Source: Fimbriimonadaceae bacterium (GTDB taxonomy: Bacteria > Armatimonadota > Fimbriimonadia > Fimbriimonadales > Fimbriimonadaceae). From it: a DNA stretch of 64,000 nucleotides. Position 1 is the first letter of the stretch; every line of letters starts with the position of its first letter. The translations under genes and the position numbers were made by a program. The stretch is from the NCBI GenBank assembly GCA_963666135.2, contig CAXXNR010000001.1, positions 1,513,853 to 1,577,852 of the forward strand, in the 5' to 3' direction. Shown one piece after another: positions 17,667-26,946 of the stretch. The notes under the pieces were generated by a model. It was given only the letters and a program-made list of their open reading frames with translations, ran no database searches and had not been told where the DNA came from.

Positions 17667-18962
17667 TCAATGGTCAATGGTCATTCCCGGGTTCTGTCGC
17701 GGAATCTTCAACGCCACGACCAGACCCGCAATGCCGAAAGCCAGCGCGCAAATGAACGTGGCGTAGTAGCCAAAAAAGGTCGCTATTAAGCCGCCGATCA
17801 GGCTATAACAGGCGCAAAGAGTCAGCGCCGTCGTCACGACACCGATGGCCAGCGGACGATCGGATTCGTCAACCGAAGCATACAGCAGGTTCTGGCACGT
17901 CGTCCACAGGCCGTCTTCTGCCGTGCCCATCAAGAAGAACAGCGGAATCATCAACAAAGGCGAGATGAACGACGAATAGATGCCCAGAATCGGCACTGCT
18001 AAGACGCAACAGGCAATGATCCGCACCGTCAGGATCGGCGAGAACCGGTCGCTAATGAATCCCCATAGGGGACCAGTTGCGATTTTGCCGATATTCTTTG
18101 CGATGAGATAGATGCCCGTTGCGGCAACGGCAACTTTAAGGTTCTCTTGGGCATGAAGGACATAGTAAGCCGTGGCGATGCCGGTACCGTCGAGGGTCCA
18201 ACGCAAGAAGATGATGCTTCTAACTCGCGGATATTTTCGGAGTAAAGGCACCATTCCTTTGAGAAAGTATCGGAACTTTGGTTTTTCGCTTCTGTCGATG
18301 TGCAGCCCGACTGGTTCGCGGATGCTTATGAGAAACATGAACGATGTAACCGAGCTTCCCGCCCAGAATGCCGCCAGGATGGTGTAATTCTCGGGAAAGC
18401 CGAAGTTGTCCTTGTTTAGCGCCCATGCCACGATGGTTCCAGCGACAACTGCCAAAATGCCGCTGATCGATTGCATGAAACCAAAGAAACGTCCGCGGAA
18501 ATCGGGCGGAATCGCCTTGGCGACGATGTCTGTCCAAGAGACCGCGCAGAACCCGTCGACCATCCAGAACGCCGAGTAAACGAAGATCAAGTAGCAAAGG
18601 GTCAGGCGCGGATGGTTGCTGCCAAGCAAGAAGATGACCGGCCACAGAGTCTGTACCAGCGAACGGCCGATGGCGGTGGTTCCGATCATGAATCGCTTGT
18701 GATAGGAACGGCCGTGGATGTGATGCGCCGCAAGCAAAGACGGTACGGCAAACCCTATTGTTTGCAAGAACCGCGTAATACCGATGAGCCAGTCGGGCGA
18801 TCCGAGTTTGTTCATCAGCACCGGGAAGACGGTCGCGCCGTCAAAAACGGCCAGACCAAAGATGAACAAACCCGCCTCCATCAGGAGCACGGGCGCATTC
18901 CACTTCAGGTTCCGGGCTGCGAACGCCTCGGAAGTCTCCGTTGTCAAACCAGGGGCCGCCAC
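17667..18962 (-). CDS. MFS transporter
   Basis: 431 aa, about 12 predicted hydrophobic helices, and an MFS-like loop (ISDRFSP). Confidence 0.75.
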   Translation of the reverse strand: MAAPGLTTETSEAFAARNLKWNAPVLLMEAGLFIFGLAVFDGATVFPVLMNKLGSPDWLIGITRFLQTIGFAVPSLLAAHHIHGRSYHKRFMIGTTAIGRSLVQTLWPVIFLLGSNHPRLTLCYLIFVYSAFWMVDGFCAVSWTDIVAKAIPPDFRGRFFGFMQSISGILAVVAGTIVAWALNKDNFGFPENYTILAAFWAGSSVTSFMFLISIREPVGLHIDRSEKPKFRYFLKGMVPLLRKYPRVRSIIFLRWTLDGTGIATAYYVLHAQENLKVAVAATGIYLIAKNIGKIATGPLWGFISDRFSPILTVRIIACCVLAVPILGIYSSFISPLLMIPLFFLMGTAEDGLWTTCQNLLYASVDESDRPLAIGVVTTALTLCACYSLIGGLIATFFGYYATFICALAFGIAGLVVALKIPRQNPGMTIDH

Positions 18963-19002
18963 TCAACGGATGTTATCACAGGCATGGCGCATAATACTGG
19001 CG

Positions 19003-19284
19003 ATGGAATACCGGGTCATGCTGGATGACGGGCACAGTTGCATGGGCGGCGACGATTCCGCTGTTGATTCGTCCTTTGAGATCTATGCGGCGGCAGTCGA
19101 GAGATGCGAGGAGATCGTCCGCGAGTCGCTGGCATCGTTGGCGTCTCAGGGCTTCTCAGGAGAATCGTTGCTCAGAGCCTACGAAGCCCGCGGAGCCCAG
19201 CCGTATATCGTGCCTGACGGCGATCCGCAGTTCGATGGGATAGCCTTTGCCGAGACGGTTGTTAGGCAGGCTAGCGCCGAGTAG
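19003..19284 (+). CDS. small hypothetical protein
   Basis: ATG 19003 (MEYRVMLDDGH...) lies divergent from the MFS gene. The product is acidic and soluble-looking with no recognisable domain. The start is uncertain; 18970 is also possible. Confidence 0.35.
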   Translation: MEYRVMLDDGHSCMGGDDSAVDSSFEIYAAAVERCEEIVRESLASLASQGFSGESLLRAYEARGAQPYIVPDGDPQFDGIAFAETVVRQASAE

Positions 19285-19500
19285 AGATTCTGCTCTCGAG
19301 TACGCTCGTGTTCAGTGGTCGTTAGGATTAATGAGGGTTAGTTTGGATTGGTAAGGATTTGCTTCATCCTTATCGATTTTAGTCTTGTATTTGCTGACAG
19401 GTACGCACGAACCACAATGTGAACACGGATCAGCCCATTGGTCATTCGTTATTCGTAAGTCGTCATTTGACCCTTCCGCCCCACGCCCCGACCTCGGCAG

Positions 19501-20283
19501 CTATGCCTTACCTTTCTTGCCGTCTTCATCGTCTGGATCGTCGATGAGGCTTCGCTCGAACAGCTCTCTAAGCCTGTCGCGCTCTTCTCGCTGGCGTTCT
19601 CTTCGTTGCACGTCCTCGAAATACGCTTTCTCCTGCTTCTGCTGGCGCTTCGAAGGCTTATGAACGTAGGAATACGACTTGTTGTAAGAAATCGGTAGCT
19701 TGTTGGCTGCAAATAGATAGGCAAGACCCATGGGTAAAACCGAGAAGATAGCCAGAACGATGTTGTTCGTGCCGAAGAACAAGATCGCCACAGATAGCCA
19801 AGCCACCCACATTGCTTTCATCGGGATGACGCACATGAGCTTGATGCACGACTGAGGATAGCGCGTTCCCCACAGCACGGTGACGGCAACGGCTGGAACA
19901 TACGCCCCGACAAGATAGCCGCCAGGAGCGAACAGACTCCCAAAGAAAGCGCAAATCGAAGCCAAGACCGAGATGACAACGAGGAATATGCCGTATCGAG
20001 CTGGAGCCATATCTAGCTCGACCACTGAACCGATGCTGAGCAACCACCAAATTAAGAAGACGACGCCGATAAGGTCAGCGCCGTTTCCGATGGATGAAAG
20101 CGGATAGGTGAGAAATGTCCAAGGTCTAGCCAGCGCGAAGTCCGGCTGGAAAGCAAGCAGGTCAAAGAAGATGCCTCGCACTCCAAACCAAGCCAACAGA
20201 AATGCCGCGCCGATGGCGGACACGAACCCCATCGTCACAGGGGTCTGCGACGTACGAAAACCTCGAAAAAGACTCATTGCCAA
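19501..20283 (-). CDS. rhomboid-like polytopic membrane protein, apparently lacking the catalytic Ser/His
   Basis: RPWTFLTYPL and GSVVELDMAPARY resemble the rhomboid WR..T..F.H and G..lE...G..r blocks. The GxSG position reads GAYVPA. The charged C-terminal tail is KRQQKQEK...RERQREERDRLRE...DDPDDEDGKKGKA. Confidence 0.5.
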   Translation of the reverse strand: MAMSLFRGFRTSQTPVTMGFVSAIGAAFLLAWFGVRGIFFDLLAFQPDFALARPWTFLTYPLSSIGNGADLIGVVFLIWWLLSIGSVVELDMAPARYGIFLVVISVLASICAFFGSLFAPGGYLVGAYVPAVAVTVLWGTRYPQSCIKLMCVIPMKAMWVAWLSVAILFFGTNNIVLAIFSVLPMGLAYLFAANKLPISYNKSYSYVHKPSKRQQKQEKAYFEDVQRRERQREERDRLRELFERSLIDDPDDEDGKKGKA

Positions 20284-20332
20284 TAGGAATTATGTCTTTT
20301 CCGAGGCTCGACCTCACTCATTATCCAAGCAA

Positions 20333-23300
20333 TTATGCCGGGGTTAGGACAATTGGCGCTACCAATATGCCCGTCGGCTTGAGTTGGTACTCGTCCGACC
20401 ATTGGTTTCCCGTTGTTCGCCAGCAGTGCGGACCGTGCCAAGTGAGGTGCGGATCGCAGTTGTGGACCGGTCCAAATGCATTCGCTCGGTTGCCGAACAA
20501 TGTGATATTCAGACAGTGATCGCCTTCCGGCAAGTTGCCAAGCGCAAGCCGATACGGAGGAAAAGCGATCTTGCCCAGTTCCTTGCCGCCCAGCTTGACC
20601 GACAGAAGCGGCGCGCCGAACCATGGCACGTCAACAACCGTTTCCTGGCCGCCCTTGATGGTGCACTTATAGACGATGTTGCCTGTGTAGAACGGCAAGC
20701 CCTGTCCGCAAATGTCGCCGAAGAGTAGCTCGCGAACGGGTTCTACGATCCTAGCTTCGCGGCCGGCCGCTTCAACGCCGAAATCGCCCAACAAGTAGCA
20801 CCATTCCAGGTTCGTCTTGCGGTGGAACGGTAGTTCAACAACCAGTTCGTGGCTGCCGGCTGAGATAGCAGGCATAGGCACGGTGCGAATCGCTTCATCG
20901 ACCCACCATCCGTCGTCCTTGTTACTAACCTCCTTGCCGTCCACCTTGATCTTCAATACCGAAGGATCCTCGACAGCCAGCTTGCTAGCGGGAACATCGA
21001 TCGTGGAATCGATCTTGAATAGAATTTGGACCTGCGCTTTTACGACGCACGGCTCCTTGTCGGTCCATGGCTGGGCGATGCTTCCGGTTACCGGCGGGAG
21101 TTCCAGCCTCGTCCGTATAACGTTCGCCAGCCGTAAAACCTCGATCTTCTCGGACCAAGGCTCATCTCCGATGCGGTATCGCGCCTGATCAAGCAAAAGC
21201 GCATTCGGCTCCGAAAGATCAACCGGCACTGGTGCCGCCAGACGCGCAACTTCCTTATATCGAGTCGGCGCAACAATCACGGGTTCAGGAACCGTCAGCC
21301 TGCCAGGGGTCATCGTAAACAACGCGCTTCCGGTACCCTCAAATCGCCAGGGAATGACCGTGCGGCCGCCAACTTGCTTTACCGAAACAGAGCCGATGGA
21401 GCCGTCAAACGTATCAAGCATCTCAACCGTGTACTCGCCAGCCACCGATATCTCGACATCTCGCCCGAACTCCCGGTCGGTGTTGCAGATGAACACGTGT
21501 TTCTTTCCGCTGTCGTCGCGCATCTGATAGAGCAGCGAATCGGCTTCGCGACCGTCGGTTCGCGTCACAACGAGGTCGGCGAATGGTCTGACGGCCTCGA
21601 GAACCGACACCTTGTCGAACGGGATCTTGGTGCATCTTCGCGCCAGCTCAATGGCCCTCAGGGAAGAAACGGCATCGACCAAAGAGGGAATCTCGCCCGC
21701 GAAAATAACCTTTCCGCCCTTATCGGCATACTTTTCGAGGAGGTCAAGGGTTGTCGAGCGGATAGTCCGCATGCCGGGCACCACGACTGCCTTATAGGAC
21801 ATAAAGCCAACACCAAAACCCTCTCGCTCGGATGCCAGCGAAGGTAAAAGCGCTTCTGATACATAGTCGTAGTCGACCATGCCGAAGAGCAGCCAAGAGG
21901 TGATCTCCTCAAACTGCTTCTCGCGCTGTTGGCGCAGGCTCCCGGTTTGATCCATCGGCCCCATGCAAAGCCAATAGCTCTCGATCGGATGAATCACCGC
22001 AATCGGAACTTGTGGATTGCCCCGCGTCATCGCCACGTTAACGCGGGCGAAATGGTCCTCAACCAACGTATATTCTGCCCACCACGGAGACTGATATCCG
22101 ATAGCCGCCGGGTAGTCGCGCTTGGCTTCGCCTGCCATCGAAACCCAGGCTAGGTGTGGCACGCGGACTGTGATGCCCAGCGCCGCTTGCCAGTCGCCTT
22201 GGTTCTTGTGGCCGTTAAAGGTGTAATTCCAGCTCGTGACGCCGTAGAGCTCGCTCATCACGCCCGGACGGCCCATTTGGCGAACCACACTCTGCGCTTG
22301 CTTGGCGGTTCCATATTCTCGGCTGTCGCAAAGCATGTCGATGCCGGGCAACTGGAACCCGCGATAAGCCCGCATGCACTCGCCGACTGCACCGGTTTGC
22401 GATTCGAGAGTCTGCTCAGCCATCATGTGGCCTGTCAGAGCGATGCCGTTCTCTGCACACCAGTTGCCGATCGTGTCGCAGAACGCTTCCGTAAACCTCT
22501 CGGCAGTGTGATCTTGGTATCTGTATCTGGCAACGCTAACAACCCCGTCCGCTCGCTCCCAGAACAGCTCGGGCAGACTGTCCAAAATGTCGTCGCCGTA
22601 GGTTGCCTTATAGGTAGCTGCAAAGTCGTCGGTCCAGGGCATGAAAAGGTCTTTCTTCTGGTCGGCGCGGTCCAAGTAGCGCTTCTCGCTGAACTGCGGC
22701 TCATCGGTGAAGATCGCCGGAACGACGTTGCCGAACCACTTCCCGATAGCCTTCTTATACGGTTCATGTGTGACCTCAATAAACCTGCTGACCGCGTCTT
22801 TGCTCATCGTGTCGAGATATGCCTGGTTGTTGAACCACGAACTCGACTTGCCAATCTCCAGGTAGGCGTACCACTTGGCTCCTTTAGCTTCAGCCTTGGC
22901 GTCTATGCGCTTGCCAGAAACCAGCTTGCCGTCTTCAAGAACGACATCGTAGACTGCCAGCAGCGTGCCGTCCTCGTTTCTGCTGGCGTAGGCGCGCGAG
23001 ATCGTCATGAGCTCCTTGGCGTCGCCTGAATAGGGCTCGGGAGTGAACAGCAAATGCTTCGTGCGGTGTTTGTGTTCGCAGGTGACGAGGCCGCCTGCGA
23101 ATCCGGAAGGCCATCGGTCTTCGTCATAGAGCCAAGCCAGCATCTTCTCGTCTTCGGCCTTCTCGCAGCATGCTTTGACAATACTGAGGAACTCCTCGCC
23201 CATGTATTCGGTGGCCAAGCCGGTTCGCGGATGCATATGGAATCCGCCCATGCCCATCTTCTTCAATATCTCGATTTGGCGGAATAGCTGGTCTTTGTCG

Positions 23301-23416
23301 AGCTTGTTGTTCCACGACCAGAACGGCGTGCCGCGGTATTCCGAGGTCGGATTGGTAAAAAGCGCACGGTCGAGTTCGGCTGCGCTGTTCTTCGGATAGA
23401 GTTCGTAGCGTTTCAT
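20333..23416 (-). CDS. large glycoside hydrolase (GH106-like N-terminal catalytic region; family assignment tentative)
   Basis: GTPFWSWNNKLDKDQLFRQIEILKKMGMGGFHMHPRTGL...YMGEEF...AWLYDEDRWPSGFAGG is the N-terminal signature I associate with the GH106-type rhamnosidase family. The protein is 1027 aa. Confidence 0.6.
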   Translation of the reverse strand: MKRYELYPKNSAAELDRALFTNPTSEYRGTPFWSWNNKLDKDQLFRQIEILKKMGMGGFHMHPRTGLATEYMGEEFLSIVKACCEKAEDEKMLAWLYDEDRWPSGFAGGLVTCEHKHRTKHLLFTPEPYSGDAKELMTISRAYASRNEDGTLLAVYDVVLEDGKLVSGKRIDAKAEAKGAKWYAYLEIGKSSSWFNNQAYLDTMSKDAVSRFIEVTHEPYKKAIGKWFGNVVPAIFTDEPQFSEKRYLDRADQKKDLFMPWTDDFAATYKATYGDDILDSLPELFWERADGVVSVARYRYQDHTAERFTEAFCDTIGNWCAENGIALTGHMMAEQTLESQTGAVGECMRAYRGFQLPGIDMLCDSREYGTAKQAQSVVRQMGRPGVMSELYGVTSWNYTFNGHKNQGDWQAALGITVRVPHLAWVSMAGEAKRDYPAAIGYQSPWWAEYTLVEDHFARVNVAMTRGNPQVPIAVIHPIESYWLCMGPMDQTGSLRQQREKQFEEITSWLLFGMVDYDYVSEALLPSLASEREGFGVGFMSYKAVVVPGMRTIRSTTLDLLEKYADKGGKVIFAGEIPSLVDAVSSLRAIELARRCTKIPFDKVSVLEAVRPFADLVVTRTDGREADSLLYQMRDDSGKKHVFICNTDREFGRDVEISVAGEYTVEMLDTFDGSIGSVSVKQVGGRTVIPWRFEGTGSALFTMTPGRLTVPEPVIVAPTRYKEVARLAAPVPVDLSEPNALLLDQARYRIGDEPWSEKIEVLRLANVIRTRLELPPVTGSIAQPWTDKEPCVVKAQVQILFKIDSTIDVPASKLAVEDPSVLKIKVDGKEVSNKDDGWWVDEAIRTVPMPAISAGSHELVVELPFHRKTNLEWCYLLGDFGVEAAGREARIVEPVRELLFGDICGQGLPFYTGNIVYKCTIKGGQETVVDVPWFGAPLLSVKLGGKELGKIAFPPYRLALGNLPEGDHCLNITLFGNRANAFGPVHNCDPHLTWHGPHCWRTTGNQWSDEYQLKPTGILVAPIVLTPA

Positions 23417-23516
23417 GGGCTGGATAGACTCCTTTATGCGTCTATCTTAGCCGTATTAGCTCGCTGAGTTCCATGCTCTCACTGCCTTCTGTATAAGATT
23501 CTATGCAAGTCGCAAT

Positions 23517-23879
23517 CTAGTGGTCGTCTCTTCCGTCAGATTCTATGTGCTCGCCTCTTTCTGAGCTAAAACCAGGACGTCCTTCGCCTTTGCGTTCCCG
23601 AGGCGGATCCGCCTGCATCGCCACAGCAATGCACAACACAATGCCAACACTGATCGAGATCAATGCCGTCTTCGTCCTAAGATAAGAAAGCAAGATCCGC
23701 CAGTTCACGATGATATGCAGCAGACCGACGGCGACCAGGCCCCAACTCATCCACTTATGAAGGAACTTGAAGCTTCCCGGGCCGGCATGGAAAAACATGA
23801 AAATACCAGTAACCGCCACAACCGTAAAAAGGATGGCTGTTAACGGACTGATCCAAGCTTTGTTAAAGACCTTTTGCAT
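23517..23879 (-). CDS. DUF4405-like small membrane protein
   Basis: TAILFTVVAVTGIFMFFH....FK.LHKWMSWGLVAVGLLHIIVNWR gives three TM helices with conserved His residues. Confidence 0.6.
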   Translation of the reverse strand: MQKVFNKAWISPLTAILFTVVAVTGIFMFFHAGPGSFKFLHKWMSWGLVAVGLLHIIVNWRILLSYLRTKTALISISVGIVLCIAVAMQADPPRERKGEGRPGFSSERGEHIESDGRDDH

Positions 23880-24159
23880 GTGGTTCTCCTATCGAGTTCC
23901 GGCTGGTATGTGTTTGCCAACCTTATATGAAGTGATACGCAATCAATCATGAAATCGGAATGAAACATTAGAAGAGCAATGAATCAACCGATTCCCAAGA
24001 CTGGGGTGCCACTGGTCGTAAGACCAGTGTTAAACTTGCTTAAGCATGGGTCCAACGATTCGTGGCACGCAAATGTTGAGTTCTGAATCTGGTTCAACAA
24101 AGACGAGCAAGCCTTCTCGCAAACAACTAAGGAGGCTTGATTGTATGTAGAGGAGTTGG

Positions 24160-26898
24160 CTACGATTTCTTCACTATCGGCATCGCCATGACGGCTACGG
24201 GCCTGTTCGTCGCAAAGAACCGAACGCTTTCGATCAAACCTCTGAATCCTGGTTGCTTGCCAGCCAAGTCCCGTCCGATGTAGCCGTGTAGCAACGCGGA
24301 GTTCGTGTTCGCCGGAAGAACCTGGTCGGGCTGGACGTCGATCTTTCCTTCGCTGACGAGTTTCGAGTTTATCCAGATACCTTCCGGCGAAACTTCAACC
24401 AATACCGTCTCGCCAACAGGAAGCGCCGGTCCGTTGATGCTGGTCTGCTTGCCGTTCTTGACGCTAGTCAGCCGACACTTTCCAGTTCCGTCGTTCGGTG
24501 TAAACGAGAAACCGTTGCTCTCACTCTCACCAAACGAGAACAGAACCTGGTTGGCTTCGCCGCCATCCCATTTGACTTTAGCCGATACCAGCAGCTGCGG
24601 GACGTCGAAAAGCTGGCGGTCGAGAATCGTATAGCCCTTGCCGTCAAGCTTAATGGCACCCGGCACCACCGACCATAAACCACCGAGAAGCGCATCCGAT
24701 GATCCTGCCCTGTCTGGAGCGAACGATTCGCCAGCTTCGCCAAACGCAATATCGGCAAGCATCATCGGCATCGGCGATTTGCGCTTGGCGATCCAGATAT
24801 TGCCTTCATACGGCATGTGCCCGTATTGGAAGCCGGTCTTGACCGACTGGCCGCCGCAATAGTCGCCGTCGATCACGCCGTATCCGCTGATCAAGCTTCC
24901 GCCCTCGCCCCAGGTTTCGGAGCGGCCCTTTGCCGTCGCATGGTCGGTAACTAAGGCGTTATCGCGAACGACGGCATGCTCTAAAGCGCGGCCGAATCCG
25001 TTGACTTTGGCGTTTCGAACCGTAGCGAAGTCGCGGACTTTTGCGTTCTCGCTAACGACCGAGTTGCCTGAAACCAGCGCGTGGCCGCTGACGACGGCGT
25101 TGTCGAGAACCTGCGCTGTGTCCTTTATCGTGGCAAAATCGAGAATTCGGGCATTGCCTTTTACCTGCGCCCGACCAAGGACCGCAGCATTCGGACCGAC
25201 GTAAGCCGACTGATCGACCGATGCCGTGTCAGCAACAAGGCCCCCGCCGTTCGGATGCTTGTGCATTTCGCCGACAACAACCGGAGAAGACTCTTTCGGA
25301 TGGCCGCCAGTAACCTTGACCATATACGGGAACCGCGTTTTGCCCGGCGCGGTGCGATACGGGCTCTCAATGTCGTCGAACGAAGCTCGGAGCATCTTGT
25401 CGGGCGTTGCTGCCACCGTCATAAGTAGCGTTCGCTCGTTCGGCTTCAAAGTGATGGCCATCTTGCCCTTGTTCCAGAGCTTGGAGTATCGCTCCTCGCC
25501 GGTTTCCGAGATGGCGATCAGGCATGCCCGCCAGTCAGCTCCGCGCGCTTTATTGGCAATGCCCTTGAACTCAACCGTCACGGATTTGCCATCCGGAACA
25601 ATCTCAACAATGTTGTATCCGGCTTGCATGGGAGCCATCTCCGAAGGAACCTGCCACCAGTCGGGCATATCCGGGCGCCGGCGAAGCTCAGTGCGCTCGC
25701 TCGTCTCCTTTGCTGCACGATGCTTGAAAGCGAAGCTTCGACGTCGGGCCACGTATCCAAGCAGATCCTTGCGATCGATCTTTGGGGCTAAGCGCTGAAT
25801 CGTGTCCCAGAAGTACTCACCTTTCTTGCCGCCAGCCCAAACCTTCCACCAGAATTGGCCGCCGATGCCGGGCAGATTCTCCGGATTCTCATAGAGATAG
25901 ACCATAAACGGCCAGTCGATGTAATACGTGCGGCTGTGCGGGATGCAGTAGTTCAGTAGAGTTGTGTATTCAATCGAGGTCTTCGGGCCCTTAGGGTCGT
26001 AGTAGGGTCCGTAGAACCACAGCCAGCACTCGCGGGTGTAGTTCGGATCGGACTCATACATGTTCTCGGGGCCGCCGCCTTCGCCGGTGTTCGAGAAGAA
26101 CTGGCACCGATGCCGGAACTCGTGCGGAATCACCCAGCTTGGCGGATCGACAGTCAGACCAGAGATGTCGATGTTCAACCGGTCTCCACCTGCCCAGTAT
26201 CCGGACTCGGTGCACGTGAAGTTGATCAGATACTTGCGGCCTTGCTTGTCTTTGCCGCAAGGCTCGTTCATCCCGAAGCCTTTCATATAGAGCGCCCAGC
26301 ATTCCTCGGCGTTGCGCAAGACTCCGTGAGCCCACTTCGGGTTCATTCCTTGCTTCTCTTTCTCAGCGTTCCAGACGAAGCGAAAGTGCTTGGAGTGAAG
26401 CTCGTATTTCGTTACGGGCAAGTTGGCGTCTTCGGGCACGTAGTCGGGTCCTGGTTCGTCGCCGACCTTTACCATGTTTATAGTTGCGCCTTGGCAGTCC
26501 ACCTGCAAGTCGGTCAATGAGCCGCGCCACCAGCGCTCAAGGGCCAGATCCAGACGGTAGATATGCCATTTGTTGTCGCGCTTCAGGTCCTTGTCAGGAA
26601 TCAGAATGAGGCGTTCTTGGCTGGAGCCGGGAGTACGGTCGGTGCCGTATCGCAGAACAACCGGGTTCTTGGAAGACTTGTCTAGACGCAAGCCGATGTC
26701 AACATAGTCGTTGAACGCCAGATCAAGGTCGGGTCCGCCAGCGATATCTTTTAGAATCCAAGACGAGACCTTAGCTTCCTTCAGAAGAACGGTGCCCTTA
26801 AGCTCGTTTGCAGGATCGCACACAACCCTTAAGGTTTGGACCTCTTGACTCCAAGCAGAACAGACGATGGCGGCTGCGAATAGGACGGCGATGCGCAA
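24160..26898 (-). CDS. secreted 912-aa multidomain protein: HExxH-containing region + hexapeptide beta-helix repeats + LamG/concanavalin-like C-terminus
   Basis: Signal peptide MRIAVLFAAAIVCSAWS. A VIPHEFRH (HExxH) motif is present. A long run of V/I-x-N/D-hexapeptide-like repeats follows (AVLGRAQVKGNARILDFATIKDTAQVLDNAVVSGHALVSGNSVVSENAKVRDFATVRNAKV...). The C-terminal roughly 180 aa look jelly-roll-like. Confidence 0.6.
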   Translation of the reverse strand: MRIAVLFAAAIVCSAWSQEVQTLRVVCDPANELKGTVLLKEAKVSSWILKDIAGGPDLDLAFNDYVDIGLRLDKSSKNPVVLRYGTDRTPGSSQERLILIPDKDLKRDNKWHIYRLDLALERWWRGSLTDLQVDCQGATINMVKVGDEPGPDYVPEDANLPVTKYELHSKHFRFVWNAEKEKQGMNPKWAHGVLRNAEECWALYMKGFGMNEPCGKDKQGRKYLINFTCTESGYWAGGDRLNIDISGLTVDPPSWVIPHEFRHRCQFFSNTGEGGGPENMYESDPNYTRECWLWFYGPYYDPKGPKTSIEYTTLLNYCIPHSRTYYIDWPFMVYLYENPENLPGIGGQFWWKVWAGGKKGEYFWDTIQRLAPKIDRKDLLGYVARRRSFAFKHRAAKETSERTELRRRPDMPDWWQVPSEMAPMQAGYNIVEIVPDGKSVTVEFKGIANKARGADWRACLIAISETGEERYSKLWNKGKMAITLKPNERTLLMTVAATPDKMLRASFDDIESPYRTAPGKTRFPYMVKVTGGHPKESSPVVVGEMHKHPNGGGLVADTASVDQSAYVGPNAAVLGRAQVKGNARILDFATIKDTAQVLDNAVVSGHALVSGNSVVSENAKVRDFATVRNAKVNGFGRALEHAVVRDNALVTDHATAKGRSETWGEGGSLISGYGVIDGDYCGGQSVKTGFQYGHMPYEGNIWIAKRKSPMPMMLADIAFGEAGESFAPDRAGSSDALLGGLWSVVPGAIKLDGKGYTILDRQLFDVPQLLVSAKVKWDGGEANQVLFSFGESESNGFSFTPNDGTGKCRLTSVKNGKQTSINGPALPVGETVLVEVSPEGIWINSKLVSEGKIDVQPDQVLPANTNSALLHGYIGRDLAGKQPGFRGLIESVRFFATNRPVAVMAMPIVKKS

Positions 26899-26946
26899 TG
26901 GAACACCTCTTGCTAGTTATTTAGCTATTAACATAGCCATTCTAGC

